Below are positions 1 through 8,373 of a DNA stretch of 13,916 nt, one piece after another (position 1 is the stretch's first letter; every line of letters starts with the position of its first letter). The translations under genes were made by a program, and so were the position numbers. Source of the DNA: Pseudobacteriovorax sp. (GTDB lineage Bacteria > Bdellovibrionota_B > Oligoflexia > Oligoflexales > Oligoflexaceae); NCBI GenBank assembly GCA_050293845.1, contig JBNKNM010000149.1, positions 1 to 13,916 of the forward strand, given 5' to 3'. Under the pieces are notes generated by a model that saw nothing but the letters and a program-made list of their open reading frames with translations, did not search any database and was not told where the DNA came from.

Positions 1-2
1 TT

Positions 3-1097
3 ATCCTCGGCATTTCCGCTATCATTTTTCTTTATTATTTTATGCAGAGTATTGAACTTGCATTTCAGAGAAGTATCACTACGCTCCTGATAGCATGTCC
101 TTGTGCCTTTGGCTTAGGCGCTCCCCTGATCATTGCCCGAGCTTTTGATCTTGGAATTCGCAATCAAATTATCTTTAAAAGCCAGCGTGCTGTAGAACAA
201 TTTTCGATGATAAAACAAGTATTTTTTGATAAAACCGGAACATTAACAGTTTTAGAACCAAAGGCGGTTCTTTTGAAGGTCAATTATAGTATTATATCCG
301 AACAGCATCTTGCAGAATTACTCCATCAAATAATTTCTTATTCACAACATCACCTTCCTAAGGCATTATATGAATGGAGTAAAGATTACATGAATGGGCA
401 TCCATCATCCCTAGAACCTCTTACTGATTTTCATGAAGAATTAGGGGAGGGAGTCAGCTTCGTCTACCATGGAAAAAATTTTCGATTAGGAAGAGCAAGG
501 TGGTCGCAAGTGCCCGAAGATAAGAATGCTACTGTTCAACTGTCCATCAATGGAGAATTTGGTGCGTCTTTTAGCCTTAAGGAGCGACTACAAATAGGGG
601 CGGAAACACTTATACAATATCTCAAGCAAAATAATATCCAAATGGAAATTCTTAGTGGAGACAGTAATGAAAAGGTTCAGGAGCTGAATTGGCAGTTAAA
701 GATTGGAAAATTTAAGGCTGGGCTAACCCCTCAAGGAAAACGTAAAATCTTGCAAAATACCAAGTTTCCTTCCATGATGATCGGGAATGGGATTAACGAT
801 TCTCTAGCTCTAGCAACAGCTCCACTCAGTGTTGCTGTTAAAAAGTCCAGTCAATTAGCACAAGAAAATGCTGATCTTGTGCTAAAATCCTACGATTTGT
901 CAAGACTTATCAACGGATTTAAAATTTCGAAAGCTTGTCGCAAGGCGTTGGTAAGAGGCTTCACTTTTGCTATTACCTTTAACTTATTTGGTATTAGTTT
1001 AGGAGCCATGGGTTTCCTGACACCAGTAGTTGCAGCGATACTGATGCCAATTAGTTCTTTGACTATCGTTTATATTTCTACTAGCTGGGAGGCTTAA
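3..1097 (+). CDS. ccoI: Heavy-metal (Cu) P1B-type ATPase, CcoI/FixI type, 5'-truncated by window edge
   Basis: Frame is open from position 3. Motifs: ACPCA transmembrane metal site, FDKTGTLT phosphorylation site, LSGD, GNGIND hinge variant, C-terminal MPISS. Directly upstream of ccoS-ccoNO. Confidence 0.92.
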   Translation: MLGISAIIFLYYFMQSIELAFQRSITTLLIACPCAFGLGAPLIIARAFDLGIRNQIIFKSQRAVEQFSMIKQVFFDKTGTLTVLEPKAVLLKVNYSIISEQHLAELLHQIISYSQHHLPKALYEWSKDYMNGHPSSLEPLTDFHEELGEGVSFVYHGKNFRLGRARWSQVPEDKNATVQLSINGEFGASFSLKERLQIGAETLIQYLKQNNIQMEILSGDSNEKVQELNWQLKIGKFKAGLTPQGKRKILQNTKFPSMMIGNGINDSLALATAPLSVAVKKSSQLAQENADLVLKSYDLSRLINGFKISKACRKALVRGFTFAITFNLFGISLGAMGFLTPVVAAILMPISSLTIVYISTSWEA

Positions 1098-1098
1098 A

Positions 1099-1236
1099 GT
1101 GGAAGTTCTATATATATTAATTGGCGCAAGTTTTTTATTGGGATTCCTGGGTTTACTAGCATTCATATGGGCTACTAAATCAGGGCAATTCGAGGATTTA
1201 CAAACGCCCGCGGAAAAGATTGTTTTTGATGATTAA
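1099..1236 (+). CDS. ccoS: cbb3-type cytochrome oxidase maturation protein CcoS (45 aa), absent from ORF track
   Basis: Hand translation from GTG at 1099, RBS GGGAGG at 1087-1092: MEVLYILIGASFLLGFLGLLAFIWATKSGQFEDLQTPAEKIVFDD. One TM helix plus the CcoS signature FxWAxxSGQF(E/D)D. Confidence 0.93.
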   Translation: MEVLYILIGASFLLGFLGLLAFIWATKSGQFEDLQTPAEKIVFDD

Positions 1237-1257
1237 TTTTGTTGGAAGGAGAAGAAA

Positions 1258-3378
1258 TTGTCTGGTTCAGTTAAATCAGGTCTCGAGAATTACGATGACC
1301 GTATTGCCCGCTTATTTATATGGGCAACATTAATTTGGGGTACCATTGGGATGACAGTCGGGGTGCTGGCAGCTTTGCAGCTAGCTTTTTGGCCTGCAAA
1401 TGGGGGACTCCCCTGGATTACCTTTGGTCGCATTCGTCCTATTCATACTGACGCCATGATTTTTGCTTTTGCTGGTAATGCTATTTTTGGTGGCATGTAC
1501 TACTCGTTACAGCGTTTATGTAAAAGACGTCTTTGGTCTGATTTTTTGAGTAACATCCATTTTTGGGGGTGGCAGCTTATTATTGTAGCGACAGCTGTTA
1601 CCTTTGCTTTAGGGATCACCCAAGGTAAAGAGTATGCGGAAATGGAATGGCCGATTGATTTGGCTATTGCTGTTATTTGGGTCATTATGGCCGTAAATGT
1701 CTTTGGTACCATTGCTTATCGTCGCGTTGAACATCTCTATGTTGCTATTTGGTTTTATGTGGCCTCGATTATAACCATTGCTATGCTCCATATTGTCAAT
1801 AATCTGGCTATTCCGGTTAGTTTTTTTAAAAGCTATTCCATATACGCAGGTGTGCAGGATGCTTTGGTACAATGGTGGTATGGACACAATGCTGTAGGCT
1901 TCTTACTCACAACACCCTTTCTAGGATTGATGTACTACTTTATACCTAAGGCAGTTGGTAAGCCTGTTTATTCCTACAGATTGTCTATCCTTCACTTTTG
2001 GGCACTGGTCTTCGTTTACATATGGGCTGGACCTCACCACCTGCTTTATACATCCCTACCGGAATGGGCTCAATCTTTAGGTATGGTATTTAGTCTTGTC
2101 CTGATCGCCCCATCATGGGGAGGAATGATCAATGGGCTTTTAACCATGCGTGGAGCTTGGGACAGAGTTAGGGAAGATCCTATTCTTAAGTTTTTTGTCA
2201 TGGCTCTCACCTTTTACGGCATGTCTACTTTAGAGGGACCTTTGCTTTCCATTAAGTCGTTGAACCTTCTATCTCACTACACCGACTGGACCATTGCCCA
2301 TGTTCACGGTGGTGCTCTTGGTTGGGTTGGCGGTATGGTTTTTGGAATGATCTACTGGTTAGCCCCTAAACTTTGGGGAGTGCCTCTCTATAGTAAAAAG
2401 CTTGCCAATACCCACTTCTGGGTAGCCACCATTGGGTTACTTCTCTATATCACAGCCATGTGGACTGCTGGCATTACTCAAGGTCTCATGTGGATGTCAA
2501 CAACTAGCGAAGGTCTGTTGAAATACCCTAACTTCTTAGAAACCGTTCTAGCATTAGTTCCCTTATACTGGATTCGCATGATTGGAGGGCTCCTTTATCT
2601 AAGTGGTTCCATCATTTGTATCTATAATGTTTATAAAACGGCTCAATCAGGGCAAGCCACAGTCGTTCAGGTTGACACAAGTGGCGACCGCCATGTAGCT
2701 CCCCGCACTTTGCACGAACGCTTGGAAAGCAAAGCTGCAGTGTTAACAGTAGTAGCACTATTGGCTGTTCTTGTTGGTGGCATCGTAGAATTTATTCCCG
2801 CGTTCCTAATGGAGACAAAGGTGCCGACTGTGACTGCAGTGACACCATATACGCCTCTGGAACTCCAAGGACGAGACATTTATATCCGAGAAGGTTGCTA
2901 CAACTGCCATTCCCAAATGGTAAGGACCTTTCAAAAAGAAGAGATGCGCTATGGTCCCCACTCTGAAGCCTATGAGTTTATTTACGACCATAATTTTCAA
3001 TGGGGTTCAAAACGAACCGGTCCAGACCTGCATCGCGTTGGGAAAAAATACCCAAACCTATGGCACTATCGCCATATGATGGATCCCCGCACCACCTCAC
3101 CAGGATCTATCATGCCACCCTATCCGTGGTTGCTTGAAGATACGGTTGATAGCAGTTTGCTGTCTGCAAAATTGGATGCGCTTAGCAAGCTTGGCGTTCC
3201 CTACTCTAAAGAGCTCATTGCTAACCCCACTCCAGCCTACGATCATCAGGCTCAGGAAATTGTTGATTCCTTACTAAAAGATGGAGTTTCCGTTACAAAG
3301 GATAAGGAAATTATCGCTATGATAGCTTACCTACAAAAGCTTGGAACAGAAAGGGCTGAAGATGAAAGATCTCATTAA
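1258..3378 (+). CDS. ccoNO: Fused cbb3-type cytochrome c oxidase subunits I+II (CcoN-CcoO)
   Basis: TTG start after GGAAGGAG. CcoN motifs RPIHT, WWYGHNAVGF, YIWAGPHHL, HYTDWTIAHVHGG; CcoO motifs YIREGCYNCHSQM, WGSKRTGPDL, PGSIMPPY, all in one 706-aa frame. Confidence 0.97.
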   Translation: MSGSVKSGLENYDDRIARLFIWATLIWGTIGMTVGVLAALQLAFWPANGGLPWITFGRIRPIHTDAMIFAFAGNAIFGGMYYSLQRLCKRRLWSDFLSNIHFWGWQLIIVATAVTFALGITQGKEYAEMEWPIDLAIAVIWVIMAVNVFGTIAYRRVEHLYVAIWFYVASIITIAMLHIVNNLAIPVSFFKSYSIYAGVQDALVQWWYGHNAVGFLLTTPFLGLMYYFIPKAVGKPVYSYRLSILHFWALVFVYIWAGPHHLLYTSLPEWAQSLGMVFSLVLIAPSWGGMINGLLTMRGAWDRVREDPILKFFVMALTFYGMSTLEGPLLSIKSLNLLSHYTDWTIAHVHGGALGWVGGMVFGMIYWLAPKLWGVPLYSKKLANTHFWVATIGLLLYITAMWTAGITQGLMWMSTTSEGLLKYPNFLETVLALVPLYWIRMIGGLLYLSGSIICIYNVYKTAQSGQATVVQVDTSGDRHVAPRTLHERLESKAAVLTVVALLAVLVGGIVEFIPAFLMETKVPTVTAVTPYTPLELQGRDIYIREGCYNCHSQMVRTFQKEEMRYGPHSEAYEFIYDHNFQWGSKRTGPDLHRVGKKYPNLWHYRHMMDPRTTSPGSIMPPYPWLLEDTVDSSLLSAKLDALSKLGVPYSKELIANPTPAYDHQAQEIVDSLLKDGVSVTKDKEIIAMIAYLQKLGTERAEDERSH

Positions 3379-3538
3379 AGCGGCTCTCTTTGAAGGGGGA
3401 GCTGGTATTTGGGGGGTAACAGCCCTAATCCTATTTTTCGGGGTTATGGTTGGAGTTAGCATTTGGATTCTTCGCCCCGGATCAAAACAGTACTACCAAT
3501 ATGTTGCCAAGCAGGCTTTGAAGGGAGAGAAGCAATGA
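3362..3538 (+). CDS. ccoQ: cbb3-type oxidase subunit IV CcoQ (about 58 aa)
   Basis: ATG 3362 overlaps the ccoNO end; single TM helix (LILFFGVMVGVSIW) followed by a basic stretch; located between ccoO and ccoP; ATGA overlap with ccoP. Confidence 0.85.
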   Translation: MKDLIKAALFEGGAGIWGVTALILFFGVMVGVSIWILRPGSKQYYQYVAKQALKGEKQ

Positions 3539-4098
3539 GCCAAAAATCCAATGATGTTGAGCGACCCTTTGTCGTAGATGGAATCAAAGAGTATGATAAT
3601 CCATTACCCTCTTGGTGGGTCATTTTGTTCTGGTTTACCATTATTTACGGAGTTGCTTACCTAGCTTACCTTCATGTGTTTGGTGGTGCGACTCTTGATG
3701 ATGAATTGGTAGCAGACCGTGCGGCCTATGTACAATTAATGAACCAGCAGGAATCAAACTCCACAGAAGATCCCACGGACCTTCTTGCTACGATGCAAGA
3801 TCCCGAGGTCATTGCCGCAGGGGAGGTTCACTTTAAGGCTAATTGCGCACCTTGTCACGGGCCACAAGGCCAGGGACTTGTGGGGCCAAATCTAACTGAT
3901 AAGTATTGGATTCATGGAGGCAGCCCAGAAGACATTATTAAGACCATAACCGATGGCGTACCTGCCAAAGGGATGGTGCCTTGGAAGGCTATACTCGGAA
4001 CTAAGAAAATCAAAGAGGTGGCGGCCTTTATCTATGGCTTAGAAGGAACAAATCCACCCAATGGGAAGGCCCCTGAGGGCGAGATTTATGAAAGATAA
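3535..4098 (+). CDS. ccoP: cbb3-type oxidase subunit III CcoP, short monohaem form (187 aa)
   Basis: N-terminal DGIKEYDNPLPSWW motif, TM helix, single CAPCH, GPNLTDKYWIHGG, KGMVPW. Likely start ATG 3535 coupled to the ccoQ stop. Confidence 0.93.
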   Translation: MSQKSNDVERPFVVDGIKEYDNPLPSWWVILFWFTIIYGVAYLAYLHVFGGATLDDELVADRAAYVQLMNQQESNSTEDPTDLLATMQDPEVIAAGEVHFKANCAPCHGPQGQGLVGPNLTDKYWIHGGSPEDIIKTITDGVPAKGMVPWKAILGTKKIKEVAAFIYGLEGTNPPNGKAPEGEIYER

Positions 4099-5434
4099 TT
4101 CCCATGATTCTGACTTACTTAGGGCGCCTACCATAGAGGCGTCTGGGCGCCGACGCTGGATCTACCCTGACCGACGCCCTGGTCGGTTGGTGTCTATCCG
4201 CCGGCGTCTGGCGGTTGTCTTGATGGCCGTTTATTTGATCGTTCCTTTTTCAACGTTTCAAGGCCGTCCTCTGCTTCGCTTTGATGTGCTCGATAGTAAG
4301 ATATTCTTTCTAAGCTACGTTTTCCCCTTCCATGACGCTAGTTATTTTGTTTATGTCTTTATCTTCTTAGCTCTTTTACTCTTCTTTGTTACTTCTCTAT
4401 ATGGCCGCCTTTGGTGCGGCTATGCATGCCCCCAGACTGTGTTTGTAGAGTGGTTAATCAGACCAATAGAAGAACTTATTGAAGGTAATTCTCGAAAACG
4501 TTACTTAAGAGATCGCGGCCCTTTAACCTTTGACAAGGTTTGGCGCAAGACCGCAAAATATCTCATTTACATGGTTGCTATCATAATTATTTCCAATGCC
4601 TTTCTTGGTTTTTTTGTTGACCCTAAAGTTTTGATGCATTGGATGGGCAGTCCCCCTGCAGAGCACCCCTGGGCTTTTGGTTTCATGCTGCTATTAAGCG
4701 GAACTTTATTTTTGGATCTAGTATGGTTTCGTGAGCAGTTTTGCTCCTTTCTTTGTCCTTATGCGCGCTTTCAATCAGTAATGATTGATAATAATACACC
4801 AACCATTGCTTACGATTTTAATCGTGGCGAACAACGGGGGCGTAAAAAAGAATCCGGCGACTGCATTGATTGCCAACACTGTGTCCGTGTATGTCCTACT
4901 GGGATTGATATTCGCAATGGGCTTCAGCTTGAATGCATTCAATGTGGCCGATGTGCTGATGCTTGTGACAGGATTATGGCCAATTTAAAAAGAAAGCCAG
5001 GTTTGATTCGTACCGCATCAGTTCATGAAATGGAAAAGTCGAGTATAAAACACATACGCATAAGACCGATCTTGTACTTAGCGGGGCTCATACTCATACT
5101 AGCCATAGTTGGTATCAAAGTCTCATTGCGACGCCAGCTAAACTATACCTTTATTCGCCAACCGGGAACAACCTATACACATTTGGATGAGGGGCACTTT
5201 GCCAACTACTACCAAATTAGGGTTAATAACCAGACGAGTCAAACTCATCAGGTTAGTATTACCGCATCAGATGGTACAAAACTTCTTTGTAGCATTTGTG
5301 GTCAAAATATTGCGGGGTTTGAGGATCTCAATGGTAACCTTGTGATTATCGTCCCTAAGCTTTATAAAAACAAATCTGTTGCTTTAACACTAGACCATCA
5401 GTTTGTAAAAAAAATTCCCCTCATTCTTCCCTGA
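4088..5434 (+). CDS. ccoG: Cytochrome c oxidase accessory ferredoxin-like protein CcoG/FixG
   Basis: GRLWCGYACPQTV, REQFCSFLCPYARFQS, two CxxCxxCxxxCP/D 4Fe-4S motifs, GIDIRNGLQ. Likely start ATG 4088 overlapping the ccoP end. Confidence 0.95.
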   Translation: MKDNSHDSDLLRAPTIEASGRRRWIYPDRRPGRLVSIRRRLAVVLMAVYLIVPFSTFQGRPLLRFDVLDSKIFFLSYVFPFHDASYFVYVFIFLALLLFFVTSLYGRLWCGYACPQTVFVEWLIRPIEELIEGNSRKRYLRDRGPLTFDKVWRKTAKYLIYMVAIIIISNAFLGFFVDPKVLMHWMGSPPAEHPWAFGFMLLLSGTLFLDLVWFREQFCSFLCPYARFQSVMIDNNTPTIAYDFNRGEQRGRKKESGDCIDCQHCVRVCPTGIDIRNGLQLECIQCGRCADACDRIMANLKRKPGLIRTASVHEMEKSSIKHIRIRPILYLAGLILILAIVGIKVSLRRQLNYTFIRQPGTTYTHLDEGHFANYYQIRVNNQTSQTHQVSITASDGTKLLCSICGQNIAGFEDLNGNLVIIVPKLYKNKSVALTLDHQFVKKIPLILP

Positions 5435-5516
5435 AACTATTTTCTAATAATTTACTGTTTTTGCGACCTGCTCTTAGTCATGATGGGATTTACTTATCAT
5501 GATTAGGGGGGATCTT

Positions 5517-5743
5517 ATGAAAATTTTCCAGTTTTTTTGTCTTATTTTTATACTGTCATCTTGTGGCTTAGACACCCAGCACAGCAATATCCTAAAAAGT
5601 AACAGCAACGATCCATTGTGCCCTTCGTATTTATTATTGGTAGCAATGCCGGTAAAGAAGGAACTCAGCCCATAACCAACTATTATGAGCATATGGCAAA
5701 CGACCTCCCTCGCCTTGATCTGCCGAGCTATCAGTGTTCCTAA
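5517..5743 (+). pseudogene. Short lipoprotein ORF (5517-5675, 52 aa), probably a frameshifted remnant of a longer secreted protein
   Basis: RBS AGGGGG at 5505-5510; MKIFQFFCLIFILSS-CG signal peptide with lipobox. The -1 frame from about 5618 reads VPFVFIIGSNAGKEGTQPITNYYEHMANDLPRLDLP to a stop at 5741-5743. Confidence 0.5.
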
Positions 5744-6037
5744 AGTAACTTATCAAAAGGTTTATGATGTAAATACCTAAACATTTTGCAGTCGCCTGCC
5801 AGTATATATTGGTGGTGCGACGAAACTAAAGCACTAGGCTTTGTGCCTAGTAGCTATGAGATAGGAGGGGGCAACATTTTTGTGCAACCCCTAGCTCTTG
5901 TACTGAGATGGGGGCTTACTATAGTGGGATTATCTGCTTTGGCTCCCTAGTGAGATTGTTTTTTTCCATATGGGATACAATCGCGCTCCCAAGTGATAGA
6001 TTAATCATCGGAGCTAGGGCGATTTTCGCATCCGAGT

Positions 6038-7720
6038 TCACTCGCAAGTAGGTTGGGGGAGTAATAGTACTGAACTCCATTCTTGGGTAGAGCCAGCAAT
6101 ATGGTGCAATACTCCACGATAGTTTACCAATTGAGTTAATCCACACATTCTATTAGGTCCATTGACTATATTCATACCGATATCATCGTTCTGGGGTAAC
6201 AATAAACCGATGCTTGTAAGTGACGAAAGACCCAAAAAAGAATCTAAATAAGGATTATTTTGCAAGGTCAGGGAGCCACCAATACTTTCTAAACGACTTA
6301 AAAAAGTAAGATCTAGTAAGCTAAGTTGATCAGAAATGTTCAAATCACCTGGAATATGCTTAATGTATTTAAAGAATCCTCGCAAGCCTTCCATACTCCC
6401 ATAACCTTGTAAAACAAAACTGCCTGATAGCTTTTCAGGGCTTATGGTACTTAAGTCTGAAATTGCACTACCACCAAATATATAAACATTACCTATATCT
6501 TTAAGCATTGCAAGATAGACCATATCTTCATTATCGATATTAGCTCCCTCATTGATATGTAGATCACCAAGGTATTCGAGCTTGCTAAGCGGTGAAAGAT
6601 CATCAATCAAGGAGTTGCCCCCATTTCCAAATCGAAAATTGTCTATGTCTAAACGAACCAAGTTTTCTAAGCCTTCAAGGGATTCTACTTGGCTACCCAG
6701 TGCGGGCATTTTAAGTTGCGTTAGTCGCGATAGTCCTGCAAAAGAAACTATAAATGCATGGTTATCCAACTGCAATTCCCCTAGACTTTCAATACTTTCC
6801 ATCTCAGTAAAATCCTGAGGACCAACAAAAGCTCCCACTTTCAATGCACCTTTTACGGTTTTTAGATTTTCCAAGCCAGCAAAGGATTTCAAATTGGTAT
6901 TAAGCCCATCTATTATAAAACTTCCTCCCACTTCTTCAAGATTTCTTAGGGAGGTGAAATCTGAGAGTTGTGACCTTCTTATTTCAAAGTCTCCTGTGAT
7001 CTTTTTTAGTTGATCCAGCCCCGGGAGAGAGCTTAAAGGTCCATCTACGATTAAGTCACCATTAAATATATTGATACATTGAGATACTTCAGTTAGATCA
7101 TCACGAGATCTGATCAAAATACTGGCCGAACAAATATCAGGGGCTATGTTACAGTCAGTTAGGGTATCCACAATCTCACCGGATTGAAGTATATCATCAT
7201 AAGGTTCTTGGTCGATGCCCCAGATTAGTTTTTTTCCACCATAGGTGCATTCGCTATTACTACCTCCCGGAATCATTTCTGAAGCAAGAATTACTTGCTC
7301 AGCACTTTCGCCTGCCTCACCATGACAAAGGTAAGTGATAAGGATATCCTCGTCATATATAGCTAACCCTCCTTCGACACAATGCTCTCCCGGTGGCTCT
7401 GTAATTACCTGTAGATTTTCACCATCTGCACCGTTAGCTCCATTGCATACGGGGTAGGATTCCTTTAATTCACTAACATCACCATTTTCATCCAGCTGAT
7501 TATTGTTATTAAGGTCCCATCCAATTTTTATGATAGTACCTCCAGCTGGGCAGATCTCTCCAGGGGCAATAGCAGAAACATTGATGATAGGCTGTGCTGT
7601 AATGATATCCAATGATTCATCATCCTTTCCTTGATCCGTTGGTGATTTGTCTTTTTTACCGCAAGAGGAGACTATTAGACAAAAAAGCAAGATAGGGGAT
7701 AGGTGACAATAAAATCTCAT
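6038..7720 (-). CDS. Surface lipoprotein with three N-terminal Cys-paired repeats and a receptor-L-domain/LRR solenoid
   Basis: RBS AGGAG; LIVSS-CG lipobox. Repeats PGEICPAGG..YPVCNG, PGEHCVEGG..YLCHG, SECTYGG..TDCN, then about 12 LxxLxGLxxLxxIxGxLxI-type repeats. Confidence 0.85.
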   Translation of the reverse strand: MRFYCHLSPILLFCLIVSSCGKKDKSPTDQGKDDESLDIITAQPIINVSAIAPGEICPAGGTIIKIGWDLNNNNQLDENGDVSELKESYPVCNGANGADGENLQVITEPPGEHCVEGGLAIYDEDILITYLCHGEAGESAEQVILASEMIPGGSNSECTYGGKKLIWGIDQEPYDDILQSGEIVDTLTDCNIAPDICSASILIRSRDDLTEVSQCINIFNGDLIVDGPLSSLPGLDQLKKITGDFEIRRSQLSDFTSLRNLEEVGGSFIIDGLNTNLKSFAGLENLKTVKGALKVGAFVGPQDFTEMESIESLGELQLDNHAFIVSFAGLSRLTQLKMPALGSQVESLEGLENLVRLDIDNFRFGNGGNSLIDDLSPLSKLEYLGDLHINEGANIDNEDMVYLAMLKDIGNVYIFGGSAISDLSTISPEKLSGSFVLQGYGSMEGLRGFFKYIKHIPGDLNISDQLSLLDLTFLSRLESIGGSLTLQNNPYLDSFLGLSSLTSIGLLLPQNDDIGMNIVNGPNRMCGLTQLVNYRGVLHHIAGSTQEWSSVLLLPQPTCE

Positions 7721-7973
7721 ACTGTAGCTCCTATTTGAAAACCATTACCTAAATGTAAGACTACGAAATTACAATTATTTTTAGGTATCAAGGGAAGCTT
7801 ACTGCAAAATTTATTCCACCAGTAAGGATTGAGAATTTAATACATACCGGATGTAGAGAATGTCATTCCTGAGAATTTTGACTAAGACATAGACACTAAT
7901 ATAAACGAGATACCTAAAGCTCAGCGCTATAGTGCAGGGTTTAGGTTATCTTAAAACTCCCATCATGATGTAA

Positions 7974-8295
7974 ATAAGTATTTCATTTAGTAATCAGGTA
8001 TTTGGCTTTTCTCAATATCTCTGCCTTAACTGCACCCAGGATATTCGTATCGTCGATCACTCCTGTAAGAGTAAATTCTATTTAAGGCGTGGAAGAGTTG
8101 ATGGTGAGAACTTTGCCCAGTCTATCGCAGCTAAACTCTATGAGGACGTAGAATTATCGGCACGTAGTGTTGACGATTCCAGCGCAGTTCCGGTCGATCT
8201 TTTATAGGAACAGATTTACAGATGATTTGTACAGCGCATTCATATCAATGGGCTGGCTTTTTGTAAAAAGATGTATATCGCCATTGTATATATGA
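7974..8295 (+). mobile_element. Degenerate IS91-family (Y2 rolling-circle) transposase fragment: Zn-binding domain and start of the catalytic domain
   Basis: Frame from 7974 reads FGFSQYLCLNCTQDIRIVDHSCKSKFYLRRG. After a +1 shift near 8151-8154 it reads YRHVVLTIPAQFRSIF, stop at 8293-8295. This matches the IS91 pattern GF..CxxC..SCKSRFCPxCG..YRHVVFTIP. Confidence 0.82.
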
Positions 8296-8373
8296 GGTGT
8301 TTCCTCACATTGACTGAAATCTGGAACTTCTATTCCCTGTACAACAGTAAGTTTCTAAGAGTTAGTTCTCCTT

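Noticed and set aside
1500..4988. Short overlapping ORFs within ccoNO, ccoQP and ccoG (1500-1712, 1609-1887, 2667-2879, 2806-3000, 3456-3641, 4785-4988)
   Set aside because: Shadow ORFs inside well-supported genes, with no recognisable motifs.
5474..5692. 72-aa minus-strand ORF
   Set aside because: Antisense to the better-supported lipoprotein ORF that has an SD and lipobox; no motif.
6021..6033. GATTTTCGCATCC resembling the right end of the 13644 element
   Set aside because: Short gapped match with no convincing left end nearby; could be chance.
5919..6818. ORFs 5919-6146 (-) and 6552-6818 (+)
   Set aside because: Overlap the LRR lipoprotein in other frames; no homology cues.
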